DNA of 64,000 bases from an uncultured Spirochaetota bacterium (GTDB taxonomy: Bacteria; Spirochaetota; Spirochaetia; SZUA-6; CAVTHK01), in assembly GCA_963734495.1 (NCBI GenBank), contig CAVTHK010000001.1:512001-576000 (forward strand), given 5' to 3'. Shown in pieces: positions 49,658 to 58,735 of this stretch; the stretch's first letter is position 1; each line of letters begins with the position of its first letter. A program made the position numbers and the translations under genes. The notes beneath the pieces were generated by a model. The model had not been told where the DNA came from and searched no databases. It saw nothing but the letters and a program-made list of their open reading frames with translations.

Positions 49658-51802
49658 ATGATGCTTGCGTTGAAAGAGCTCAAGGAGATCGTCACCGAGC
49701 TGCCCCGGGGAGGCTACCTGGTGCAGACCTCGGCCGGCTATATCCAGCTCGGAGCGCCTCCGGAAACCATCAAGGACACCATGCTGCTGCCCAACTCGGT
49801 GCCGCAGCTCTTTGTCCTGCCGCGGCGTCTGTTCAACGCAGAGAAGGGCATCAGCCTGGCCGAGCTCGAGTTCCCGATCTACTTCAACTTCTTCATCCTC
49901 AAGCGCAAGACGACGATCATCTGCACTCGTCAGCAGGCCGTGCGGCTGCTCCGGGTGCTGAGGGAGCCGATCTTCGGCCCCGAGGTGGTCGACACGCGGC
50001 AGGACGTCAATCCGGCCAGCACGGGAGTCATCGCCCCCGACCTCAAGTCCGAGATGGACTACTACAAGAACTTCGGGCTCGAGAACCTGCTCTCCTTCCA
50101 CTTCTTCCGCGACGGCCGCTGCAGCTTCGGCAAGGTGTCCGTGTTCTCGCTGCCTTCGGGCTTCACCATCTCCGACGGCGGAACCATCGTCGCGCAGCTT
50201 CCGGCCACGATCGAGTACAAGGGGCGCTTCGAAGTCGGGCAGAGGCTGGCGGAGCCGTACAGGCCGCCGCTGTTCGGGGTCACCTGCCTCGGACCGAGCC
50301 ACGGCTTCGATCCCACCGAGAACACGTCGGGATATATCGTCTGGCTCAACCACCGCGGGATCATGGTCGACCCGCCGGTCAACTCGACGGAGTGGCTCGA
50401 AGAGTCCAACGTCAACCCCAAGCTCATCGACGCCATCATCGTCACGCACTGCCACGCCGACCACGACGCCGGAACCTTCCAGAAGATCATGGAAGAAGGC
50501 AGGATCACCGTCTACACGACGCGCACCGTGATGGACAGCTTTCTCCGCAAGTACTCGGCACTCTCGGAGGAGTCGATCGAGTACCTGCTGCAGCTCTTCC
50601 ACTTCGAGCCGGTTCACCTGGAGCGGCCCTACTACATCCACGGGGGCGAGTTCCGCTTCGTGTACAGGCTGCACTCGATCCCGACGATCGGCTTCACCCT
50701 GAAGTTCCAGGGGCAGACGTTCGTGTACTCCTCGGACCACCAGGGCGAGCCGCGGGTCCACAAGCAGCTCCTGGAGGAGAAGCGGATCAGCCCCGAGCGC
50801 TTCAAGCAGCTCTCCCACTTCCCGTGGGACGCGGACGTGATCTACCACGAGTCGGGCATCCCGCCCCTGCACACGGCGATCAAGTGGCTCGATTCGCTGC
50901 CCGAGGAGTACAAGCGCAAGACCAACGTCTACCACATCGCGAAGAAGGACTTCCCCGAGAAGACCTCGCTCACGCTCGCGACGTTCGGCATCGAGAACAC
51001 CCTCTACTTCAAGACGACCCCGCCGAGGTTCGAAAAGACCTACGAGGTGCTCGGCATCCTGAAGCACCTGGACTTCTTCCAGGATTTCCCGCTCGAGAAG
51101 GTGCAGCAGTTCGTCATCTCCGTGGAGGAGGAGGAGTTCCGCAAGGGGCAGACCATCATCCGCAGGGGCGAGCGGGGCCGCAAGTTCTACATCATCTATT
51201 CGGGAAACGTGGCCATCAACTTCGAGGGCCTCGAGAAGAAGAAGATCTACAGCAACTACGAGTACTTCGGCGAGCTCAGCCTGCTCACCGACCAGCCGGT
51301 GTCCGCCGACGTGGTCGCGGAGACCGACGTCATTGCCTACTCGATGGAGCGCGACAAGTTCCTCGCCTTCGTGGCGGGCACCGATTTCGAGAAGACTCTG
51401 AAGAAGCTCATCCAGGCGCGCGACGAGGAGACCTGGAACGTGCTGTCGACGAGCAGCTTCTTCCAGCGGCTGACCTCGTACCAGAAGACCTGGCTCGAGA
51501 GCTACCTCACGCGCGAGCCCGACGGCGAGTCGCGCGTGCTCGCGCGGGAGGGCGAGCCCTTCGACCGCATGTACATCATCCGCGAGGGGATCGTGGACGT
51601 GACGCGGGCGCGCCGCAAGATCGCGGAGCTGAAGCGCGGGGATTTCGTCGGGGACCTGCACGGGATCGCGAGCAACAGCCCGTCGGACTTCACGTTCACG
51701 GCGCGCTCGGGCGTCCGCCTGTTCTCGATCGACAGCGCGGACATGCGGCTGTTTGCCAAGCAGAACCCGGGGCTCATTCTCAAGCTGGCGTACGAGTTCT
51801 AG
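49658..51802 (+). CDS. Metallo-beta-lactamase-fold hydrolase (putative cyclic-nucleotide phosphodiesterase) with two cNMP-binding domains
   Basis: THCHADHD, LHSIP, YSSD, IYHE, LHT; C-terminal GQTIIRRGERG..YFGE and a second degenerate cNMP domain. Confidence 0.8.
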   Translation: MMLALKELKEIVTELPRGGYLVQTSAGYIQLGAPPETIKDTMLLPNSVPQLFVLPRRLFNAEKGISLAELEFPIYFNFFILKRKTTIICTRQQAVRLLRVLREPIFGPEVVDTRQDVNPASTGVIAPDLKSEMDYYKNFGLENLLSFHFFRDGRCSFGKVSVFSLPSGFTISDGGTIVAQLPATIEYKGRFEVGQRLAEPYRPPLFGVTCLGPSHGFDPTENTSGYIVWLNHRGIMVDPPVNSTEWLEESNVNPKLIDAIIVTHCHADHDAGTFQKIMEEGRITVYTTRTVMDSFLRKYSALSEESIEYLLQLFHFEPVHLERPYYIHGGEFRFVYRLHSIPTIGFTLKFQGQTFVYSSDHQGEPRVHKQLLEEKRISPERFKQLSHFPWDADVIYHESGIPPLHTAIKWLDSLPEEYKRKTNVYHIAKKDFPEKTSLTLATFGIENTLYFKTTPPRFEKTYEVLGILKHLDFFQDFPLEKVQQFVISVEEEEFRKGQTIIRRGERGRKFYIIYSGNVAINFEGLEKKKIYSNYEYFGELSLLTDQPVSADVVAETDVIAYSMERDKFLAFVAGTDFEKTLKKLIQARDEETWNVLSTSSFFQRLTSYQKTWLESYLTREPDGESRVLAREGEPFDRMYIIREGIVDVTRARRKIAELKRGDFVGDLHGIASNSPSDFTFTARSGVRLFSIDSADMRLFAKQNPGLILKLAYEF

Positions 51803-51910
51803 GGATCGGAGCCCCCGGGTCCGGGGGGCATGCACCGTGCGGTGAGGAGACGCTGCGATGAACCAGGCGAAAATTGACCGCACCCCCCCTTTGTGCTACC
51901 CTGACCTCTG

Positions 51911-53080
51911 ATGAAGGACCACGGCGGCAGACTCCTCGTCTCCCGCAAGACCTATCCCGCGAACACGGTCCTTTGCCACGAAGGTGAGATCTGCGACCGG
52001 ATCTACCTCCTGCTGCGCGGATCCATGCAGCTCGTCGCACAGGACAAGGTCATCCGCACCATCGAGGAGCCCGGCAGCTTCGTAGGCGAGCTTACGCCCC
52101 TCTTCAACCAGCCTCGGGCCACGACTCTCGTGACGCGCGAGGAATGCGAGTGCATCGAAATCCCCGCCTCGTACCTCGAGGACCTGCTCGCGCAGAGCCC
52201 TGAGGAGGGCGCCAACCTCCTCGGGATCCTGGCCGAACGGCTGCTGCGCAAGTCGGACGCGTTCCACAGGCTCGAAAAGGAGCTCGTCGGCGTCCGCCGG
52301 CCCGAAGAAGAGCCCCTCGCGGCGGCCCGCACGGCCGAGCTGCGGCGCGTGATCCTCGTCGCGGCCGAGCCGAACCTGCTCGAGCCGCTGAACTACCATC
52401 TCGTCCCGGTCGGGTATCACGTGGAGCACATGAGCGACCCGGTCGCCGTGATGCGCGACCTCGAGGAGCTCGACCCGGACATGATCATCTTCGACGGGGC
52501 AGACTACCCGCGCCAGTGGAAGCCGCTGCTGAAGCTCCTGCGGGGGCAGTGGGACCCCGAGGAGAGCGTCTTTATCCTCATCACGCCCGACGATTTCCCG
52601 TTCGAAGAGGCCGCCAAGGCGGCCTACCTGGGCGTGAACGCCCTGATGCCGGCCCAGGTCCTGTCGGAGCATGTCGTCTACAGGCTCGAAGAGCTGCTCA
52701 AGCGGTACAAGAGCATCGTGGACAAGCGCAAGTCGCCCCGCATCTCGCCCAACGAAACGGAGAGGTTCGAGCTGCTGTTCACCCACCCGGACAGGCTCGA
52801 GCTCATCGGCGGGGTTATCGGGGACGTCTCTCTCGACGGGACCCGCTTCTTTCCCTGGGACGCCGCGCTGACGCGCGACCTGAGGGTCGACCAGAGGATC
52901 CGGGGATGCTCGCTGCGGATCGGCTCGGAGATCGTCACCGTCAACTGCCGCGTGGTCCGCAACGGCCACGACCTTGGGCTGGAGTTCGAGTCGTTCGAAG
53001 CGAACGGGGACCAGACCCTCTTCCAGTATCTCGTCGAGCGGCCTGACAGGGAGCTGCGCCTCGTCACCGGCCGGACGTAG
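51911..53080 (+). CDS. cNMP-binding + receiver-like + PilZ domain protein
   Basis: FVGELTPLFNQPRATT (cNMP), DPDMIIFD (REC-like), RKSPR and DVSLDG (PilZ RxxxR, DxSxxG). Confidence 0.8.
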   Translation: MKDHGGRLLVSRKTYPANTVLCHEGEICDRIYLLLRGSMQLVAQDKVIRTIEEPGSFVGELTPLFNQPRATTLVTREECECIEIPASYLEDLLAQSPEEGANLLGILAERLLRKSDAFHRLEKELVGVRRPEEEPLAAARTAELRRVILVAAEPNLLEPLNYHLVPVGYHVEHMSDPVAVMRDLEELDPDMIIFDGADYPRQWKPLLKLLRGQWDPEESVFILITPDDFPFEEAAKAAYLGVNALMPAQVLSEHVVYRLEELLKRYKSIVDKRKSPRISPNETERFELLFTHPDRLELIGGVIGDVSLDGTRFFPWDAALTRDLRVDQRIRGCSLRIGSEIVTVNCRVVRNGHDLGLEFESFEANGDQTLFQYLVERPDRELRLVTGRT

Positions 53081-53097
53081 GGCCGCGGCCCGGGCAA

Positions 53098-54336
53098 TCA
53101 ATTCTCCGCGTCGGGATACTTCTCGTAGATCTGCTTGATGTGGCCGTAGGCCTCGAAGAAGATTTCGACGAGTGAAGGATCGAGCTTCTTGCCCGACATC
53201 ATCCTCATCTCCTGCAGGACCTTCTCTTCGGGCCAGGCCTCCTTGTAGACCCGCCGGCAGCTGAGGGCGTCGAAGACGTCGGCGACCGCCACGACCCGGC
53301 CGAAGATGGGGATCTCCTCGCCCCGGGGCCTGGCGAGCTCGCCGTTCCCGCCTTTCGCGCGCGGCTGGCCGGTCTCCACGTCCACGAGGCCCGGGTAGCC
53401 GGTGCCGTCCCAGTTCTCGTGATGCGTCATCGCCACCTGCAGCGCCACCTCGTCGAGCTCGGACTGCTTGGGCAGGAACAGCCGCGCGCCGCAGTAGGTA
53501 TGGGTCTTCATGATCTCGTACTCTTTGTCGTCGAAGCGGCCGGGCTTCTTCAGGATGAGGTCCGAGATCGCGACCTTGCCCACGTCGTGCAGCATCGCCG
53601 CCATGCGGAGCAGGTCCCTGTCGCGGTCGATCTGCCTTCGCTCCATGCCCTGCTTCATCGCCCAGCGCTCGTAGATCTCGACCGCGATGGCGGCCACGCG
53701 GTTGACGTGCGGGCCCGTCTCCTTGGGGTCCCGCAGCTCGGCCATGCTGATCATGCGCAGCAGGAGCTGGCGCATGAGCTGGGCCCGCTGCAGGGCCTGG
53801 CTCGCCACGTTGGCGAAATGCCCCACCAGGAGCTCGTCGTTCTTGTTGAAGGCGACTACCCGGCCGCCGGCGTCCATGGCGTTGATGACCTGGATGACGC
53901 CGACGACCTCCTCGACGTCGGTCATCAGCACCAGCGGGATGGTCAGCATGGACGTCGTCTTGTAGTTGGCCTTGTGATCGAACTCAGCGTTGAAGTGATA
54001 GGGGGCGTCCGACGGGATTTCGTAGACGTCCGGGATGTTCAGGATCTTCTTCGTGGTCGCGACGTACCCGCTGATCGAGTTCCTGTCGATGGTCATCTTG
54101 AAGAAGGAGTACGGCAGCTTCTCGCCGGGCGGCAGCTCCTTCTCCTTGGTGTCGTTCTGCGCGTAGGCAAAGAGCAGCTCGTCGCCGCGTTTCAGATAGA
54201 TGGTCCCGCTGTCGGCGAGGGTGAACTGGCGCGCCTCGAACAGGATCCTCTCGAGCAGCAGGTCGAGGTCCTGGATGCTCTGCAGGCTCGTCCCGAGCCC
54301 AATGATCTTCCTGAGCTTGTCGACTTCCCTGGCCAT
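53098..54336 (-). CDS. GAF + HD-GYP c-di-GMP phosphodiesterase
   Basis: GAF (SMLTIPL..VIQVIN), ETGPHVNRV, LHDVGK, HHENWDGTGYP, ADVFDAL..RRVYK. Confidence 0.9.
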   Translation of the reverse strand: MAREVDKLRKIIGLGTSLQSIQDLDLLLERILFEARQFTLADSGTIYLKRGDELLFAYAQNDTKEKELPPGEKLPYSFFKMTIDRNSISGYVATTKKILNIPDVYEIPSDAPYHFNAEFDHKANYKTTSMLTIPLVLMTDVEEVVGVIQVINAMDAGGRVVAFNKNDELLVGHFANVASQALQRAQLMRQLLLRMISMAELRDPKETGPHVNRVAAIAVEIYERWAMKQGMERRQIDRDRDLLRMAAMLHDVGKVAISDLILKKPGRFDDKEYEIMKTHTYCGARLFLPKQSELDEVALQVAMTHHENWDGTGYPGLVDVETGQPRAKGGNGELARPRGEEIPIFGRVVAVADVFDALSCRRVYKEAWPEEKVLQEMRMMSGKKLDPSLVEIFFEAYGHIKQIYEKYPDAEN

Positions 54337-54500
54337 GAAACCGGCTTGAACCGCCCCCGCCCGTAACTGTCTCTCACAGTATCGGCGGCCCTGTGCTTTC
54401 GTTTCAGTCAGAATACGGCTTTTCGGCAGGGAAGCCAAGGGTCAGGGAGGACCCCCGAAGGCTCCGAGCGTCAGCGAGGAGGTGGCCCGGCGCAGCCAGG

Positions 54501-55466
54501 CTACCAGCGGATCAGGTTCGCGCCCCAGGTCAGCCCGCCACCGAAGCCGATGGTCAGGATCAGGTCGCCCTGCCGCAGGAGCCCGGAGGCTGACATCTCG
54601 TCGAGGGCGATGGGGATCGACGCTGCCGAAGTGTTCGCCACTCGGTCCATGTTGATGTAGAAGAGCCCTTCGGGGGCGCCGAGCCTCTTGGCCGCGGCCT
54701 TGATGATGCGGACGTTGGCCTGGTGAGGCACGATCGCCTTGAAATCGGAGAGCGAGACCCCGTACGTCCCGGAGATCTCGTCGATCAGCTCCGTCATCAC
54801 GCGCAAGGCGAAATTGTAGACGATCCGTCCGTCCATCCGGAGGCAGGCCCGGCCCTCCCCCTCGACCGTTTCGATCTTGAGCGCGTCCACCCCGGCCCCG
54901 TCGCTGCGGATGATCGAGCCGATGACCCCTCGCTCGGCCGCGCCCTCCCCGTAAGCGCCCGCCGAAAGCAGGGTCGCGCCGGCGCCGTCCCCGAACAGGA
55001 CGCAGGTGGCGCGGTCGCTCCAGTCGAGCACGCGGCTCATGACTTCGGTGCCGACCACCAGAACGTGACGGGCCATCCCCGACTCGACGAACGCGGATGC
55101 AGTGGCCAGGGCGTACACGTACCCGGTGCACGCAGCCGTCATGTCGAAGGCCGCCGCCCTCTTCGCACCGAGGCGGTCCTGTATCAGGCAGGCGGTCGAG
55201 GGGAAGCCCTGGAAATCGCCCGTGGAAGTCGCTACGAGGACCAGGTCGAGGTCTGCCGGGTCCAGATTGCCCTTGGCGAGCGCCGCCTGGGCGGCCTGGA
55301 GGCCGATGTCCGACGCCTTCTCTCCGTCTGCGGCGATGTGCCTGAACTTGATGCCGGTGTGGGAAACGATCCACTCGTCGGTCGTGTCGAGGGAACGGGA
55401 GAACTCGTCGTTTGCCATGCGACGGGCCGGCAGATACGAGCCTGAGCCCGAGATTACCGCCCGCAC
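54501..55466 (-). CDS. fabH: 3-oxoacyl-ACP synthase III
   Basis: DTTDEWI, AACTGY, LFGDGAGA, PHQAN, NTSAASIP, GFGGGLTWG. Confidence 0.95.
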   Translation of the reverse strand: MRAVISGSGSYLPARRMANDEFSRSLDTTDEWIVSHTGIKFRHIAADGEKASDIGLQAAQAALAKGNLDPADLDLVLVATSTGDFQGFPSTACLIQDRLGAKRAAAFDMTAACTGYVYALATASAFVESGMARHVLVVGTEVMSRVLDWSDRATCVLFGDGAGATLLSAGAYGEGAAERGVIGSIIRSDGAGVDALKIETVEGEGRACLRMDGRIVYNFALRVMTELIDEISGTYGVSLSDFKAIVPHQANVRIIKAAAKRLGAPEGLFYINMDRVANTSAASIPIALDEMSASGLLRQGDLILTIGFGGGLTWGANLIRW

Positions 55467-55612
55467 AGCGTGCTCTTCATAAAGCGACCCACTGTAGCGA
55501 CTGGAAACGAGCATGGTCAAGCGAGCGCGGGCCCCACGGGGGCGCGAGAGGGCCCTGCCCGAGCGGCGAGTCCCATACGCCGGGGTATGTCAAGCCGATT
55601 TGGGGGGCGCGA

Positions 55613-55642
55613 TTGACCTTTTTCGAGCCCTCGTGCTACTCT
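55613..55642 (+). promoter_or_regulatory. Sigma-70 promoter of fabD-fabG-fabF (TTGACC-N18-TACTCT, extended TG)
   Basis: Hexamers about 30 nt upstream of the fabD start. Confidence 0.55.
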
Positions 55643-55673
55643 CCGGAGCCATATCCGGAAAAAAGAGGCCGCC

Positions 55674-56603
55674 GTGAAGACAGCTTTCCTGTTCCCAGGC
55701 CAGGGAGCTCAATATCCCGGCATGGGCAAGGATCTTTGGGAGACCAGTGCTTCGGTCAAGGAGCTGTTCCAGCTCGCTTCCGATACCACCGGTCTCGACC
55801 TGGCCAGGCTCATCTTCGAGGGAACCGAAGAGGAGCTCAAGGCCACGGACAAGCAGCAGGTGGCGATCACCGTGGTCAACCTCGCGGCCGCGGCGATCCT
55901 CAGAGAGCACGCCATCCGGCCGGACGCGGTCGCCGGGTTCAGCCTCGGCGAGTTCTCTGCGCTATGCGAAGCCGGAGTCGTCTCGCTCAAGGACGCGATC
56001 CGAATCGTGCGTGCCAGGGGCGAGATCTTTGAGCGCGTGAGCCGAAGCCTCGACTCGCCTTCGGGCAGCCCCGGCATGGCCGCGGTAGTGGGCCTGGAGT
56101 TCGACAAGCTGACCGGGGTCCTCAAGGGAATCGAAGGCGTCTATCCCGCCAACTACAACGGCCCGACCCAGATCGCGATCTCGGGCACGGCGAAGGGCCT
56201 GGACGCGGCCGAGGCGGCACTCAAGGCGGCAGGCGCCCGGCGTTTCATCAGGCTCAAGGTCTCAGGCCCGTTCCACTCGCCGCTGCTCGCGGAGGCGCGG
56301 ACCGCCTTCGGGGCCTTCCTGGAGACGATCTCCTTTGCCGACCCGAAGATCCCTCTGTATCAGAACGTGACGGGAAAGCGGACCGTCTCGGCGGTCGAGG
56401 CGAAGAAGCTCAGCGTCGAGCAGGTCGTGTCGACCGTGCGGTGGGTCGACCTGGAGCGCAGCTTGATCGCCGAAGGTATCGAGCGCTTCATCGAAGTCGG
56501 CCCCGGCACGGTGCTGGCGGGCCTCCTCAAGGGAGTGGCGGACAACCGGCCCTGCCTCGCGGCAGGCAAGATAGAGCAGATCAACGCGATCATAGGGGGA
56601 TGA
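55674..56603 (+). CDS. fabD: Malonyl-CoA:ACP transacylase
   Basis: FPGQGAQ, GFSLGE (GxSxG), VSGPFHS, EVGPG. Confidence 0.95.
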   Translation: MKTAFLFPGQGAQYPGMGKDLWETSASVKELFQLASDTTGLDLARLIFEGTEEELKATDKQQVAITVVNLAAAAILREHAIRPDAVAGFSLGEFSALCEAGVVSLKDAIRIVRARGEIFERVSRSLDSPSGSPGMAAVVGLEFDKLTGVLKGIEGVYPANYNGPTQIAISGTAKGLDAAEAALKAAGARRFIRLKVSGPFHSPLLAEARTAFGAFLETISFADPKIPLYQNVTGKRTVSAVEAKKLSVEQVVSTVRWVDLERSLIAEGIERFIEVGPGTVLAGLLKGVADNRPCLAAGKIEQINAIIGG

Positions 56604-57352
56604 GCTCAAGCATGTTGCTTTCAGGCAAGAGAGCGGTAGTCACGGGCGGGGCGCGTGGCATCGGCCGGTGCATCACCGAGGCCTTCCTGCGCGAGGGCGC
56701 GTCGGTCGTCTTCTTCGACATAGCGCCGAGCGACGCCATGGCCGAGATGGAGAGCCTGGCCAAGGCCAACGGCGTGAGCGTCGCCTACAAGAAGTGCGAC
56801 GTCTCCAGCGAGGAAGACGTCAACCGGGTCGTCAAGGAGACGCTCGAAGAGGGCAACGTCGACATCCTGGTCAACAACGCGGGCATCACGCGCGACGGCC
56901 TGATCTTCCGCATGAAGGCGGAGGACTGGAAAAAGGTCATCGACATCAACCTCACCAGCGCGTTTCTCGTCTCCAAGCATATCTCGATGGCCATGATGAA
57001 GCAGCGCTCGGGCTCCATCATCAACATCGCTTCCGTGGTCGGCATCGGCGGGAACGCGGGCCAGACCAACTACTCGGCCTCCAAGGCGGGCCTGATCGGC
57101 TTTACCAAGAGCCTCGCCAAGGAGGTCGGGGCACGTGGAGTGCGGGTCAACGCGGTCGCGCCCGGCTACATAATCACCGACATGACGGCGAAGCTCCCCG
57201 AAGAGGCACGCAACGCCTTTCTCACCGTGATCCCCATGGGCCGCGGCGGCACGCCCGAAGAGGTGGCCAAAGTGGTCCTGTTCCTCGCCTCGGACCTGGC
57301 CTCGTACGTGACCGCAAGGGTCGTCCAGGTCGACGGCGGCATGAGCATCTGA
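56600..57352 (+). CDS. fabG: 3-oxoacyl-ACP reductase
   Basis: TGGARGIG, NNAGITRD, YSASK, VDGGM. Confidence 0.95.
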   Translation: MSSSMLLSGKRAVVTGGARGIGRCITEAFLREGASVVFFDIAPSDAMAEMESLAKANGVSVAYKKCDVSSEEDVNRVVKETLEEGNVDILVNNAGITRDGLIFRMKAEDWKKVIDINLTSAFLVSKHISMAMMKQRSGSIINIASVVGIGGNAGQTNYSASKAGLIGFTKSLAKEVGARGVRVNAVAPGYIITDMTAKLPEEARNAFLTVIPMGRGGTPEEVAKVVLFLASDLASYVTARVVQVDGGMSI

Positions 57353-57395
57353 ATCAGCCCCCCGGGTACGTGGGGCCTCAAGAGAGGGAGGCAGA

Positions 57396-58649
57396 ATGTC
57401 GCGCAAGATAGTCATCACGGGAATCGGCACGGTCAACCCGCTGGGCAACGACGTTGCTACGACCTGGGCAAAGGTCAAGAACGGTGAAAACGGCATCGGC
57501 CCGATCACGAAGTTCGACATGACCAGCTTGTTTTCCGGCTTCTCGACCAAGATCGCCGGCGAAGTGCGCGGCCTCGACATGTCGAAGTACGCCGAGAAGA
57601 AGGAAGTCCGCCGCATGGACGCCTTTATCCAGTTCGCCATGGCTGCGTCGGTGCAGGCCATGGAGGACGCCGGCCTCAAGGACGGCGGCTACGACCCCGA
57701 ACGCACCAGCGTGATCTTCGGCAACGGCATCGGCGGCATCGAGACCCTCGAGAACAACATCGTCGGCCTGCACAACAAGGGCATCAACGCGGTCCACCCG
57801 CTGCTGGTGCCCAAGATGATCATCAACGAAGCCCCGGGCATGGTCGCGATCCGCTTCAACGCCCAGGGCCCGAGCTACGGCGTCGTGACCGCCTGCTCGT
57901 CGGCCACCGATGCGATCGGCATATGCATGAACCTGATCCAGAAGGGCTGGATCGACGTGGCGATCACCGGCGGCACGGAGGCGCCGATCACGCCGCTGGG
58001 CGTCGGAGGCTTCTGCGTGCTGCAGGCGGTGAGCGGGCGCAACGACGACCCCGAGCACGCCAGCCGGCCCTTCGACAAGGACCGCGACGGTTTCGTCATC
58101 TCCGAAGGCTCCGGCGTGATCGTGATCGAGGCCGAGGAGCACGCGAAGAAGCGCGGGGCGAAGATCTACTGCGAGATGGCCGGCTACGGCTCCACCTGCG
58201 ACGCCCACCACATCACGGCGCCCCACCCCGACGGCATCGGCGCCGTCAGGGCCATGAAGCTCGCGGTGCAGGAGGCCGGACTGAAGCTCGAGGACATCGA
58301 CTACATCAACGCCCACGGCACCTCGACCCCGATCAACGACCCGATCGAGACCAAGGCGGTCAAGACGCTCTTTGGCGAGCACGCGTACAAGCTCAAGATG
58401 TCGTCGACCAAAAGCATGCACGGCCACCTCCTCGGCGCCGCGGGGGGCATCGAGGCGGTGCTCTGCGCCCTTGCGATCAAGGAGCAGGTCTTCCCGCCGA
58501 CGCGCAACCTCGTGGAAAAGGACCCCGAGTGCGACCTGGACTACGTGCCCGGCAAGGCCGTGCCCGGCAGGATCCGCGCCGCGCTCTCGAACTCCCTCGG
58601 TTTCGGCGGCCACAACGGAGTGCTCTGCTTCAAGGAGTACAAGGCATAG
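57396..58649 (+). CDS. fabF: 3-oxoacyl-ACP synthase II
   Basis: VTACSS, SRPFDKDRDGF, NAHGTST, KSMHGHLLGAAG, GFGGHN. Confidence 0.96.
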   Translation: MSRKIVITGIGTVNPLGNDVATTWAKVKNGENGIGPITKFDMTSLFSGFSTKIAGEVRGLDMSKYAEKKEVRRMDAFIQFAMAASVQAMEDAGLKDGGYDPERTSVIFGNGIGGIETLENNIVGLHNKGINAVHPLLVPKMIINEAPGMVAIRFNAQGPSYGVVTACSSATDAIGICMNLIQKGWIDVAITGGTEAPITPLGVGGFCVLQAVSGRNDDPEHASRPFDKDRDGFVISEGSGVIVIEAEEHAKKRGAKIYCEMAGYGSTCDAHHITAPHPDGIGAVRAMKLAVQEAGLKLEDIDYINAHGTSTPINDPIETKAVKTLFGEHAYKLKMSSTKSMHGHLLGAAGGIEAVLCALAIKEQVFPPTRNLVEKDPECDLDYVPGKAVPGRIRAALSNSLGFGGHNGVLCFKEYKA

Positions 58650-58668
58650 GCCGCGCGCGCGACTCGCG

Positions 58669-58695
58669 AGCCCTCCCCCGCGGGAGGGCTTTTTT
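58669..58695 (+). terminator. Rho-independent terminator after fabF
   Basis: AGCCCTCCC-ccgc-GGGAGGGCT followed by TTTTT. Confidence 0.85.
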
Positions 58696-58735
58696 GTCGG
58701 CCGCGCGAGACGGCACCTCTCGAAAGGGCCCGGCG

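Noticed and set aside
54420-55570. GC-rich intergenic motifs (GGCCCTG..CGAGCGGCGAG at ~20000 and ~55551; structured stretch 54440-54500) as REP elements or ncRNA
   Set aside because: Only two short imperfect copies; chance similarity at this GC content cannot be excluded.
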